From the NCBI GenBank assembly GCA_030141605.1, contig JAQGDQ010001521.1:1-36625 (forward strand): 36,625 bases of DNA, in the 5' to 3' direction. The notes beneath the pieces are model-generated. The model did no database searches and was not told the DNA's origin. It was given only the letters and a program-made list of their open reading frames with translations. Shown here piece after piece: positions 1-13,200 of the stretch. This DNA is from Tubiluchus corallicola (lineage: Eukaryota; Animalia; Priapulida). Positions within the stretch are counted from its first letter, which is position 1. Each line of letters opens with the position of its first letter. A program made the position numbers and the translations under genes.

Positions 1-869
1 ATCTACAGTTACGGAACTTGCAGGGAAAACAGCTGGGTTACGGACTCACATAACAGTGTGGCTAAAATGCTGGGATTGCTACAGGACTCAAGACAGGAGC
101 CAAAATGCATAACATTGAATAACTCTAAAACCGTAGATAAATATAATCATCAAAGTTGCTGGGGAGATATCTGGAGTTAGTGTTGAGACTGAGCCCAATG
201 ATTAAAAGTGAGATTATTTAAATGCCCAAAACACTAGCCAATATGTGAAAATTAAGTTGTAATGTGTGAAGTGAATTTTTGTTGTAGTTTTAATCACTTG
301 CATTTCTTTTACCGCCTGGTTTACTTTCTAGTTTGTTTTTAGCCGTTACAGCTGGAAGGTCAATCCGGTGTTAAAACAGCCTTTTGTTTTGGTAGCAGTT
401 CATTTCTATGTTCTTGCAATGATGATTATATAATAATATGGATCATAAGAGAGGCTTAGATTTCAGGTGGGTATTTTAAACTGTTTCATATTTCTGTAGA
501 GCTTACTGTTGAACTGCTGTTTGGCGTTCAAAGAAGAAAAGTTTGCCGAAAAACAAAAGTTCGTGTTTTCCCGTGTTGGAAACTATCCATGTAAATTTAT
601 AATGCTAGCGTTTTTTTTGCTTTCGTGAGCTTAGGAAACTATATCAGTAATATATTATGTCTGTTGTAACGAAAGCAGTTGTTCTGTTGTAAAAATAGCT
701 ACTTAAATTGTCCATCTGTTGGATGACCCTTGTGAAAAACCTACATTTTGTTTTCTGTTTTAACGTATTTTTGAACTGTGATAAGCCAGAATTTAGTAAA
801 TTTAACCATTTACGCATAAACAACAATAAACGAAAAGCTAGCACGAGAAAGACATTCAAAATTGTAAGC

Positions 870-945
870 CATTCAGGACTTGAACCCAGAACATTGCAGT
901 AACAGGTTGATGACTCTACCACGTAAGCTGTTGACCCAACTTAGC
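870..945 (-). mobile_element. tRNA-derived SINE head (degenerate)
   Basis: Minus strand reads gttgggtcaacagcttacgtggtagag...ctgggttcaagtcctgaatgg, with A-box-like and B-box (GGTTCAAGTCC) motifs; similar to the copy at about 19645-19760. Confidence 0.5.
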
Positions 946-1852
946 AGGGTAGGTATGAGCTTTTTCTTAGTATTTTATGTGTATTCTGTTTCAGTGGTGT
1001 AGGTAATCAAGGGCAGAGTGGTTGATCAAACATTGGGAACAGTCAATTATTACGCGTGTAATGCAGACAATACACTTGTTGCTCTGTATATAGATAGCAG
1101 TGTTCTAGTCATAGAGGTAAACGTTGGACTAAAAGTCATAAATTGTTAACTAAGTTTTTAATAAACATGCTGTTTTCCTAAACATATATGACTGACAATC
1201 AGGTTGTAATTACAATAATTGAACTTCTTTACACACTTTAAAGCATCTATGCTTAATTTGCTTGTTTATTCGTGATAATAAGCTTGATACAACATTAGAG
1301 GGACACAAGAGCAAAGTAAACTGTGGGTGCGAGTTTTTAACTCATGCATCTTCGTTACTGGTCACAACTTCTGATGACAGGACATTTAAAATTTGGGATG
1401 TACCCAAACGTGAGCTCATCTGTCAGTCTCCTGTTATATCAGGTACGTTGAGGTCTTATAGTAAAAAATTTATCAAGAGTCATGCTTAATTCAGACTATT
1501 TATCTAAACCTGTTAACAAGAAAAGACAAGCAGAATCTGTGTTGTCGATACTTTTTTGAAACCAAAAGGGATTTATAAATTAACAAGTCGTGCTTATTAT
1601 TGATTGAGCTTCTAAATTTTTGACAATTGCCACAAATCCCTGGTCGGTACATTTCGCCCTGAGTACCGAAGATGGAATGGTAAGATTGTACGCCTTCTTT
1701 CAAATACGAACTCTCTTTTTTAAATGTAACTAACATGCTGTTTATAGAACAACAGCAGACCATTTAATCAGCCAGCACATCTCATAGGTGGCCTTGAAGC
1801 CATGAGCAAGTCATCAGACACGCAATACACAACAATGTCAATTTATTATGTC

Positions 1853-2989
1853 AACAGTTAGATAGTGTTACAAATTGGTTTAAAGTTAATAAACTCTCTT
1901 TGAACCCTGCAAAAACTAAGTGTATCATGTTTCGTGCCAGAAACAAAACTATCCCCCCAGAATATTATAATATTTCTATTGATGATACAACTATAGAAAT
2001 AGTTAGTCAAATCAAGTTTTTGGGCATTATCCTCCACGAAAATCTTGATTGAAATTTTCATATAAATATGATCAGACTTAAAATAGCTAAAAATATAAGT
2101 ATAATAACATACATTCCAAACTCCCGAACTCGACTTCACTTAATAACTTTATATAACATATTAGTCTTACCATATTTTTCCTATATAAATATACTTTGAG
2201 GTAATACTTACAAGACTAACTTAAATCCACTTCACAGCTTGCAATGTAAATTTGTACGCACCCTGTACAAACTCTCCAAATTCAGTTCAGTTACTAAATC
2301 ATGCTATAGTGAGTGTAGAAAACTAACAATTGATGTTCTGATTTCCTATAACACTGCCATTTTTGTTTATAAGACTAACAATGGCATATTCCCTACATAT
2401 TTCAAGAATCCTCTAATTAAGAATGTCAAATCACATAATACTCGCTATAATGATTACCAACTCAGTTTCTGCAGAACCAATATTGCAAAACATTTCATTA
2501 GCCATAGCGGACCTAAACTTTGGTACTCACTACCACCCAATATAAAGTACCAGTGTTATATTTACCGGTTTAAAACGTCAGTTGAACGATATCTGATTGC
2601 TTCTTATATAAACTAGTCTTGATAACCGCCTACTGTTCCTGTGTAACACAGTCACAACTCTGTGTTCTTTTTGAGTAGAATCCAGAGTGCTTCGTCATCT
2701 CATGAGCCGAATCTCCACAAGCCAATCTTCCTACCCTTTTGAGCATTCTTTTATCCATCACTTCTATCCTTATTTTGCACAACTCTTTTTTTAAATTGCC
2801 TAAAAACCTTCGTTTTTTGTTCTTTTTTTCTCATTATTTAGACGTGTTTATAATGGTGCAAGCACCTAACAAGTTTTACTTCTGGTTCTGCACGCTGTCA
2901 TATAATCATTATTACATGTATTAATATCTATTTTTCCCAGGTTTTTCTTGATATTGTATTTGTGTTTACACTTCCAAATAAATTTATTA
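1853..2989 (+). mobile_element. 5'-truncated, decayed non-LTR retrotransposon (CR1/L2/Jockey-group RT C-terminus plus 3' UTR)
   Basis: Translates to NWFKVNKLSLNPAKTKCIMF, IKFLGIILHENLD*, LYNILVLPYFSYINIL*GNTYKTNLNPL, SHSGPKLWYSLP (includes ORF 2239-2616) with internal stops. Ends in AATAAA plus (TTA)n. The direct repeat ttattatgtc occurs at 1843-1852 and 2990-2999. Confidence 0.85.
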
Positions 2990-4459
2990 TTATTATGTCT
3001 GGATTCAATAAACCTATATAATCTTCATCCCTTTAAATTAAAAAAGAATTCATTATACTAAGTAGTACTAATTGGGTTTGCAGTGTATCATACGTCGACA
3101 TATGGACAAAGTACTGCAATGTATAACTTACCTTAGTAATAAACTCTTTGAGTTTGTAAATCCGTTCAACGTCACCCAATGTGTCTTTTTTAACCGAGAG
3201 TATTATACTAAGAACAGTTCTACTTCAAGGTTGTAAGAAGTGAGCCAGCTTGGAAGATGCGTGCAGCTGCAGATGAGAGTGATGCTGATAAAGACGAAGC
3301 GGAAGCTGGCACATCTATTTTAGGATTGCATTTTGCTTTTCCCACCCCTTCTTCGACTGCTGATATTGAAACCGGTAAAATTGGCAAATGTTTTTACGTA
3401 CCATCAGTTGTGCAACGTACCAACTACAGTGCAAAAGAAGCCAGAGCTGTTTAAAGACGTGTTGAAGTAAACAAATGTAAACAAAACTCGTAGGTTTGTA
3501 AAGTAATTCTCTAAATGGAGTGAGGCTATGTTGATTATGAATTTTTTGAAATTACTGTATTTCCATGCTAAGCGTTGTCCAGTTTGCTGTTTAGGAATAT
3601 CACATGATTAGTTCATCGTTGCAACAAAATCTTTGTTACATTTTTAGTTTGATTCTATGTGTTTTAGTGACCTCCTGAAATCTACTTCTGTACTAGTAAT
3701 TGGTGTAGCATAATGTTAACTAATGCTAAATCGATGAAGACTATAGAGTACGTACATTTGCAAGATAAATGCTTGTATCTTATTTCTTAGCCAAACTGAC
3801 ATCTATACCAACAAACTTACATTTTGAGCAGCAGGCCTGAAAACTGAAAAAAAAACATTTTCCATGTATATTTATTGAACACAACATGTTATTGCATTAG
3901 ATGAAACCAAGAAAATGCAATTTAAGACGAGTAGTTGACTTATGTCCTCAGTTTATTCATCAATTTGTCTTATTTTCGATCATAGCATTCGGAATTTATT
4001 TAATTGTAATTCGTTGTGTAAACTTTGAGTACATTGTAATGATGCGATATTGAGTGCACACACTAACATGTTCTTATAAGCATAAGGCTTGTCCGGCTGA
4101 CCGTCTCTGGGTTTGGGCTAAAATACGTCAAACGACCAGCAAACTAGCTATAACTTCGACTTGTTATGATTTGCACTAAACAGTGGTGAGTGGTGAGCTG
4201 ACTAACATTGATTCTCAAGCTTCTCTGGCTACACTGTTTTGTATGGAAAATTATATAACCTCTTATGTCTACAAATCTATTCATATTTACAACATTTAAC
4301 TGCTGATTTTCAGGGACGGGTTTCTTATCTTATCTACAGAATGAGTTCTTTTGAGATATTAATTCAAGTATTTTCACTGTTCAAACTAAAACTTAAGTGT
4401 CCTATCACTATACAATATAAGACTTTGTGCTGCAATGCGCAAAACACAAGGTATTGCGT

Positions 4460-4598
4460 AGACCAAATGGTTTAGTCTAGTGGTAACGCTTCCGCTTTCC
4501 ATCTGGGACGTCGTGAGTTCGATACAACGGTCGGCCGGATCATACCAATGACTCTGAAAATGCAGCCTGCTCGTGCCCTGCCTAGCGCGTATTTAGGG
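4460..4598 (+). mobile_element. tRNA-derived SINE fragment
   Basis: A-box-like tagtctagtggtaac and B-box-like gagttcgatac, followed by a non-tRNA body (ggatcataccaatgactctgaaaatg...ccctgcctagcgc). Confidence 0.55.
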
Positions 4599-5022
4599 TT
4601 ATTTTAGTATTTGGGATAAAAGTGGGGCAATAATAGTCTCTTTTATGCAGGTGTAGATTTATTATTTGCAGTTGGTGAAAAAAGTTCTTGAGCTCAAGTT
4701 AATTGTTAACCCCCAGAAACATATCATTATTATCATTATTACCTTGTGTTGTATAAAACATGTATAAAACACAAGGTATTGTGTGAGTCATCCTTTCTAG
4801 TCACTGATGAGTGATAATACGCTTTCATTTGATAAAAGAACAAGGAATTTGATTTTCCTGTTGGACTTCGTGCTTCTGGTGAAAAATAAAAAATGTTGAG
4901 ATTTAATGAGCACTTTGTCGTCTGTACGATTTGACCGTGGCGAGTCTCAGTGGAGCATCTTATTTTCAAGCTAAATTTATGTATGCTTGAATTGCCTTCC
5001 AAATGTTTGTGTCTTCTAGCAG

Positions 5023-5136
5023 ATCTCACTCAAAGCCAATTTGGCTGTTGCGGAAGCTTTTCTAATAAGTGATCGACAAGAACTTTCGCTTCACGGATGT
5101 CCTGTTCTTCAAGTTGAAAGTCAACTGAATTTATTT
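5023..5136 (+). pseudogene. possible further WDR27 exon remnant
   Basis: QELSLHGCPVLQVESQLNL weakly resembles the WDR27 central segment (recalled human QSLSVPASSCVLPTSPLYL) and lies in the expected order. Boundaries uncertain. Confidence 0.3.
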
Positions 5137-6910
5137 GTTATATATTTACGTAAATCGACGAGATTTATTGCCATGTTAATGATTGCCCGATTTTTTTATT
5201 CATACTGTGCACATAGTGAAATACATAGTGTAAACTTTTATCACACCTAATTCTGAAAATTTCGTCAGTATAATTGCCCATATAAGTAATTCCTAATAGC
5301 AACATTACTTACAGGGTGGTTGACTTTGATAACTTTTAGTTCTTTGCCACTTTTTCACCAATCAGTTGAATATCATAACTCATAATAATTTTATTATCGT
5401 TTCATGCACTGTGTTTTTCTTATAAAAAGGTGGTAAATAAAGAAACTCATTTACTCACTTACTTACTTATTGAAGCAGAATCATTTCTGTAAGTTAAAAT
5501 GTGGCCTCTCCCTATTTCTACTTTGACAACCTTTCACACATTGTAAGTCCTACCGGGCATGTTCTTACCATATCATTACCTAAATTTTCCTAAAAAAAAT
5601 CTGGCAGCATTACTCGACTTAAATCATTGAATTGTTCTAGTTTCCAGATGTCAAATATGTATATTCATCTTTGTCTTTTTGTAGTGTAGAGAAATGTGTG
5701 GCTAGGTAATTGCTTTTTGAATTTTTCTAATACAGATCACGAAACCAATGATTTTCCAGATTGTCTAGTATAGAATAGAATAAAAATTTGTTTTTTATGT
5801 GAATACATTAAAATTGCATGTAAAAATGTTTCCATAATGCTGTTTACTTATTTTAAGGGATTTTCAAAAAATGTTTTTTTTTTGAGAATGGATTTTGAAG
5901 TCCACAATTTGAAGTCCTACTAATCCACAATTTAACTCAGTCCAATCTGTCTTTATATTAATTATATGTGGCTGCGTGTTAGAGATTATTTTGTTTTTTG
6001 GCGTCACAAGTCCTTAAAAGTATTTATATTGATGAAGTTGTAAGAAAGTTACACTTCCAACTCATCCTCATTCTACTAGCTCATTTTGACAATTAACCTG
6101 GAACAATTAGCAGTAAAGCTGATTTGGCGTACCATTTGGATGTGGAGTTCGCACCGAGTTAGATGTTGCCAACAAACAAGATTTTTATGGATCGCAAATA
6201 TGCAAACATGACGACAACACTCACGAAAATGAGTTTAAGCATCAGTTTTATGCCATTTTGGAGTTCGCTTCATTTCAGGTTATTTATGAAATGTTTTTCT
6301 GTAATGACGGGCTCGTGTAGTTTATTATTGTACTTTTTAGTACTTTTCATCGCTTGAACAATATAAAAAAACTGCTATGCTTCTTGACCATGACTTTAAA
6401 AATATGGAACTGACTGGCGGATATGCTGATGCTAATTCAGAAGTTATTCATAATTGCAGGATTTCTTAGATATAAGCTGTTTTTTATTCGGTAACGGCTT
6501 TCTATATATTTGTAATGCATCAAAGTGATCACAAAATGATAAATAATCAGTAATACGCAAATATTTCATTAAGCCTTGGTTGTTACTAGAACATACAAAT
6601 GTAGTAAAACAACACAACACAGTTTTTACATTATTTATGTCATTAAAAGTACTGGTATTTTGACCTCACATATTTTGTATTTCATTTTAAGTTATTATAA
6701 ATATTACGTATTGTATGAAAGGGCAGTAACTTGCTTATGCTGCAACCTAATGTTAAAATAAGTCTTTGCATTCAAAAATTTATTATCATTAAATCTTATT
6801 ATTATTGTAATCATAATACATTAACCAATAATTATCAACTATTTATCAACTGCACTGTTATAATACATAATACGTGTGAATAAAATCGTATCTATAAGAA
6901 TAAGTTTTTT

Positions 6911-6916
6911 TTTATT
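6911..6916 (-). promoter_or_regulatory. candidate polyadenylation signal of DHX35
   Basis: AATAAA on the minus strand about 275 nt downstream of the TGA stop at 7190-7192. Confidence 0.45.
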
Positions 6917-7189
6917 GATTTAAGACTATGCCACAGTTTTAATGCTTAGATTCACTTCCATTTTAAACAGAGCCAATATTTGAATTTTGTCTTGGAGACT
7001 TGAATACTACGACAAAGGTTGCGCATTTTGTTAAAGCACAACTCTTGATATCGACTCAAACTGTTGAAATGCTTGACCATTGATGTCATACAAATCTGAT
7101 TTGCTATACAAACCAATTTGCTGAATGCTAGACAGACTCTCTTCCATAAAAACGAAGAATCATGTGGACAGTGTTGACTCAGTTTACTG

Positions 7190-7231
7190 TCAGCTGGTTT
7201 TTACTCGCTTTGCTGCTGCCAGTTCGCGTTC
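7190..7231 (-). CDS. DHX35: DHX35 last coding exon
   Basis: cag|ERELAAAKRVKTS*. Confidence 0.85.
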   Translation of the reverse strand, partial: ERELAAAKRVKTS

Positions 7232-10200
7232 CTGCATTAGAAAACAGTCATTTTTCAGTTACAGAACCTAAGTTCAAACACCGATAAAAATAACTAACTA
7301 TTATTTGTACGCCTGCAAACCAAAACCGTTCACAAGTCGACATAATTAAAACTAAGTTACGATGCTTCAAACTTAGAAAGCACCAAAAACTTTGTCAAAT
7401 GTCAATTTTTGTTTTTTATAAAAACAAACGCTAAATATATTGGACTTTTATATTCAAGTATCAAATTATCAAGAAAATGTTCAGAAATACAAAAAATTTA
7501 ATTTTATAACCCCTTACCATCTTTTCTGGCTAGAAACTAGTATTGCAATTGTAAAAAACTTGTATTTTCAAGCACTGATAGTAGCTCGTGCACCCAATCA
7601 TTTTGCTAGGCTTTTTCTGTTGCCAAGACCAGATCAGGAAGAGATACTGATCTACTGGATTTAAACATAACTTCAATGTGTTCTTGCAAAGTCCATAGCA
7701 ACCAATATTTGTGCGGTTGCTAAGTGTTTTGTAGAAACTCGACAAAAAACAATGGCTGACTTTAACAACAATTTTCTCAAGATTATGTTTTCAGTGCATA
7801 GTGTGCATCTCAACTTCAATGCTCATTATCTCAGTTTAGAAATAACATAGAGCGATGAGCTTGGTATCAAAATGATCCTCATGAAATGGAGATTCAGGAT
7901 ATGTGAATAACTGGAAAAGCTTAACTACACCGTGTGAAAGAGTAAAAAGTTTATCCACAGAAATTTTTTTGGAATAACCAAACTGACCTTGATACTGCAA
8001 CAGGTATAACTAAAATCTTTTCAATAGTCATCATCATATCATTTGTATCATTGGAAAAAGCATAATTTTAAAATACTATAAATAGCATTAAAAAGCACAA
8101 GTAGCATAAATGCTGTTAAAAGGCAAAAATAATAAATTTTGACGCTAGATAATAAAAGACCAATATATTTATCGTTTGTTTTTATTAAAAAAAAAAATGA
8201 CATTTGATCAAATGTTTGACGCATTCTACTTTGAAGCATCAAAAAAGCAGTTTTACTATGCCGATTTGTGAATGGTTTTGGTTTGTATGCACACGTATAA
8301 TACTTATCTTCTGATTACAAAGGAAATTTGTGTACACTGCAAAGATCTAACAAGATGGCTGGCCATACTAGGTTACCTTTAGACCCAATAAACTTACCGT
8401 TCCGTATTTATAATAGTGAGGAGCAAGTTCATATAGCCAGCTTGAATCTATTACAGTGATATCTCTCATGCATTCCCGTGAAGTAATGACAACATCATTG
8501 AATACGACACTGAAAAATAACCATATTAGTTTGTATAACAGTGCAAAAATAACTGCATCATTCATTAGAACACCTCAAGCATTCATTAAAAGGCAACCTT
8601 TAATACAATGATGTATGAAAACCTTATTAAACGCAAGCCAAATGTAGTATTAAATACATCACTGTAAGGCAACCATAGCATCACACTATCACAGATAGAT
8701 TTATATGGTAAATACGCTGAAAATATCAGTGATAGATCATTTAGTAAAGCTGCAGTTTATTGCAAAAATGGGTAAATTATTTTACACAACACTGTAAAAT
8801 ATCCATATAATTGTGTCAATAAAACAAAGCAACTAAACTGCTGATTATTTACAGCAGTGTATGACATTGGTCAGCTCTGTTATACATACGTAAACACTTA
8901 AGATAAACAGAACAATGTTTGAAATTTTATCCCAACGTTTCTCACGAAATTGAAAATCAGTTACGCTAAAAAATCAGATGTATGAACAACTTATTATAAA
9001 AACCACAAGTTGCTCCACATAGGGTGCTGTTTAAAGCAAATGGTGCCATCTACTGACAAAATGTGCGAGCATTACAAGCTGCCAAAATGTCAGAGCTGGT
9101 AACAACTGAACTGACCACATAAAACATGCAACGATAATCAGAACAGCTTAACTGTAATACATATAAATACATGATAATTTTACAAATCTACTCTTTAGTC
9201 AAGCATTCTTCCTAGTTATAATTAACATTCTTTAAATGCAACACAACCTTTTCTGATTTTGACAGTAACATCAGGTAGCACAAAACAAAAAGAAAAGAAA
9301 CAAAAGAGCATACCAGTCCGGTTGATCCTGTCCACTCAGTACAGAAGTTGGATGAATGTGTAAAATCATGTCATCTTTCAGTGATCTGTATTCTCCAGTA
9401 TAGTGCAACCTAGCAGCATTAGGGAAAAATCCAGCTGTTATGCACCTGCACAATCGGTCAACGTCACCTGTAATGAACAACAAAAAAAAACACGTCATTA
9501 TTTCCTTGATTCTATTATTAAGATCTACGAGTTCCTGAAACACTTAAAAACGAAAACTATTTGGAATACTTGATGAGCACTACATCAAGAAAAACTAATC
9601 AAACTAATCAGATATTCTTGCACAAATTGAAATCAAAATTTTGTTCAAACCCAAGTCACGTTGTCATATAACCATTCGCGTGTATATGCACTGGTGAGTT
9701 AGTGTAAATGCAATGTCTAGAGTTCAAGTCCTGGCTAGCCCAGAACTTTTCAGCGCCTATTACTTTAATTAATTGGCCAATAGGTTACTTGTTGTAAGAA
9801 TCTCTCTTAATGCATAAATGAGCAGGCATGCTTGATATGTGCGCATGTATGGAATTATTTTCTATGCTGCACCACGTGTTTCTCTACTAAGAGAACTTTT
9901 TGATTTTTATAACTCTAATATTGCACATATGGTGGGCAAGTCTAAAAGTCTTGCTTGGTCAAAAAACAGGAACTACACAAGAAAGCTACTCAAATTGTTG
10001 TGGAGAAGCCTCTAAATTGGAATTTCTTACTGACCACTGTAAAGGCGCAGTTCTGAAAACCATATGCACCTCAGTCAGTTATATATATACCTGTATATTA
10101 TATTATATAATATATATACAAAATTATATAAGTCAATAAGCCTTCTCAACGTTCCAATGATTGATGATGATCGTAAAAAGGTCAATGGTTAAGTGCACCA

Positions 10201-13200
10201 AACAACGCATTTGTGTACACTTGACAACACCCTCACAGGCTATGCTATTGTGATAGTAACAGTTTCAAAAGCTACCTAGAACCTTACCCAGTTAATGTTT
10301 TCTTGTTCCAAAGCAAGATACTGCTAGTAAATCACTCTACGCACAGACTAATGCATAATTAAGTAAAGCCAACATAAAACAACCGAAGTTTACTGAACTG
10401 ATGTAACAGATCGCTTTGCTTTACCAAAATGTCCTGTGACGATTGTAGTTAAGACGCACTGCTGTGATATACGTAACCTTTGACTTACAGCAACTGCACG
10501 TGTGCACAACAAAACTGTGAAAAGGCTTATTGTCTGACACATGTAGCAATGACAATTATACATCCATACCTTCACAAGTGAGCAGTGGAACTTGAAATTT
10601 TTCTAATAGATCTTTCAACTGTTGCCTAATTTCTACGGCTCTCATTAAACCAGTAAAGTTCAGGTAATTTTCCCGACACCAACGAGCGCTCTTCTTCTTC
10701 TGCAATGGAATGAGAAACAGTTTACGCATGTGTGCTTGAAACTAGCATCACAACGTCAGATACTTCATCTGGGAATGTGGCACTGTTTTCTAAATGTTTT
10801 CCAAGCAAGAGAATTGCACACACATCTTAGAACAATGGCATCATCTGTTGGGATATATTCCCTTTATAAATATACCACTTTTGTCAAAAAAACTTTGACT
10901 ACCTAGGCAGTAAATGTTGCTTTAGCTCTTACAACACCATTTTTTTTTATATATTTTCAAAAGATGTGAAAATACTTCAAAAGCACTTCGCTTTTGCGTT
11001 AAGTTCTGCTGGAAAACACAAAACACGAAAAGTCGCAAACAATACAATTAACCCCACATAAACAAAACCACAACCAGTGATTAACTAAACAATAAGCACA
11101 ACAGATTGCATTAGCATTCTAAACTGAGGATTAAAATACAATAAATACATCATTTTCTTAAGTTCCATTACATTCATGAAGAAATCGGGTGCATGAGTTC
11201 CAATGAGTCAGTTCTAAGTGCATAAGAAACTGTCACTAAACATTTACCTTCACAAACATGCTGTAAACATTTAACAGTGTAAGAAGATCTCCCTCCTTGA
11301 CAGAAAACTTGTACTTTGCTCTGTCCTATTAAAAACATCAATTAATAAAATATTATACTGGATTAGAAACACAGCTACACACTGTTTCAGCTTGAGGCAA
11401 ATTTGCAGTCAAGAATCTAACATCATTGTGCACTAACAGAGTTCAATGCACTTCTTAACACCTTCAGGAGTTCGGGGGGTGGGGGGTATAGGAGTTTGCA
11501 GCATTTTGCTGGGTTCATGAAAAACTGCTCTCACTAAGCAACAATCACGTTATATTCGATCATTTTTGAAGGTATCTACTCCTCACACAATAGGCTTTCA
11601 TGCAAAATTAAACATGAAATATATTTGCTTATGTTAGACAAATTAAGTCTAATTTACAAAAAAAAATTAAAAAAGCTTTTAGTAACTGAAGTGTTTGCAC
11701 CATAACAATATACAGTATCACATGTGAAATAGGCTAATGCAAAAATGTCAACTGTCAAGACACAAAACTGTGATACACTTTGGCCTCAAGCCTGCTTTAT
11801 TTTTAAGGAGAAAGTCCTGTTAAAACATTAGATGATATTAATTTCTCCTTGGCTGATCGGTTGGTTTTTCCTACACAGTACTCTTGGTCTATAGCAAGCA
11901 GGCAATCAATAAAATAACGTGTACTATCACGCAAGCTTACACTAGACTAACCTATTCAATAGGCTAAATTGGGGTGTGTGAAAAGGGTGTGTTATTCTTA
12001 ATTTTATTCAATAATCACTTACAAATCACTTAAACAAATAACTTGACGGGATAACCGAGATTCTCTTGAATAAAACAGTACCTAAGTTGCAATCATTTAC
12101 TTATATCTGTGTTCACACACAGTAGCCAAAGAATCATAGGTCTTATAAGATCAATTTTAAGTAGTGCAGTTCTGAAGGAATTAAATTTCAAAATTTACAT
12201 CATTATGATTCAGAAAAGCACACGATATATTCTCAACAGCCCATATTTAATCTCTCTTATTTTAATGGCCAGGTTAAATTCTCTTGAGAAATAATAATGC
12301 ACAGAAACTTTACTAAAGTAATGATACGTACGGAACGAGCTCGACCACCGGGTGGAGTTACAAACACATTCTGTATATTCAACATGGCAGCAATGGAAAG
12401 AATTTCTTCTGAACACTCAAATTCACCTGCAGATAAAGGTAAAAGTCTTAGAAATAAACAAAAGTAAGACAAGAAGCACATTAGAAGTCTGTGTGTCTAT
12501 AGAATATTTATCTATAGAATCTATAGAAGCAGGCACCTGTAGAAAAAACAACTATTGTATGTGGTTAACATCTTATCAGTAAGGGTTAGAGATAAAGGCC
12601 ATCTTGGAAACAGACAAGTAGTAGCATGCTAGTATTTGGTAATAAACAAATTTATGACAAGGATTAAAGCTTCTGACTGAGAATAACCTTAGCAATAAAC
12701 AAACCTGAATCCAAAGCATCGTTTTTTACATATGTAGGTCAACATTCTGCAATCGTAATAGTAGGAAAGTTAATAATTGAAGCAAGACCAGCCCTTATAC
12801 CATTATACAAGGAATAATTGCACAAAACGAACTGGTCACTACAGGTATAATCTTAGCAGTAAACAAACCTGAGACAAGAAGCATCTTAGCAAACATTGGC
12901 TCAAGCGGAAACTCTGACATCCTTGTTCCCAGTGGTTCAGTGAGCTGTCCTTTATCATCTACAGCTAAAAGACAAAAAATAACAAGCACCCAATCAGCCT
13001 TTTTGCAATGTTCCTGGTTCATATGAAAGAAAAGAAATATACAAATGAGAACTCACCTTAGTTCTTGAAAAAGCATTAAAATGAAGAAACCTCATTAAGG
13101 AACCTCACTGCTGAACAGTTAAGCTCCAAGAACTCTAGTCAATAAAACTGCAAGAACTGCTACTGTGACTGTTGTAAATTATTGTTTTCAAGAACAAAAC

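Larger units (their letters stand above)
343..3764 (+). pseudogene. WDR27: WDR27-like WD40 protein, unprocessed (intron-containing) pseudogene, N-terminal part
   Basis: Exon remnants in the order expected for WDR27: 343-466 PLQLEGQSGVKTAFCFGSSSFLCSCNDDYIIIWIIREA*IS; 995-1116 VV*VIKGRVVDQTLGTVNYYACNADNTLVALYIDSSVLVIE; about 1283-1442 LDTTLEGHKSKVNCGCEF...TTSDDRTFKIWDVPKRELICQSPVIS; 1609-1679 ASKFLTIATNPWSVHFALSTEDGM; about 3218-3374 ...EAEAGTSILGLHF; about 3668-3764 DLLKSTSVLVIG/SIMLTNAKSMKTIEYVHLQ. Lesions: in-frame TAG at 457-459 and 1000-1002, frameshift near 3705, AT instead of GT at 3765, atypical AAG/GAG acceptors. Confidence 0.8.

Noticed and set aside
1262-1489. Stand-alone intact WD40 gene
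   Set aside because: It is one exon remnant of the WDR27 pseudogene; the ORF has no ATG start and reads into intron after 1442.
2239-2616. 125-aa ORF as a host gene
   Set aside because: It is the C-terminal part of a decayed LINE ORF2, with upstream in-frame stops.
4651-7664. Additional WDR27 C-terminal remnants (about 4651-4720, 5736-5768, 6120-6160, 7570-7640)
   Set aside because: Only a few residues of similarity each, with stops and no reliable splice context; indistinguishable from chance by eye.
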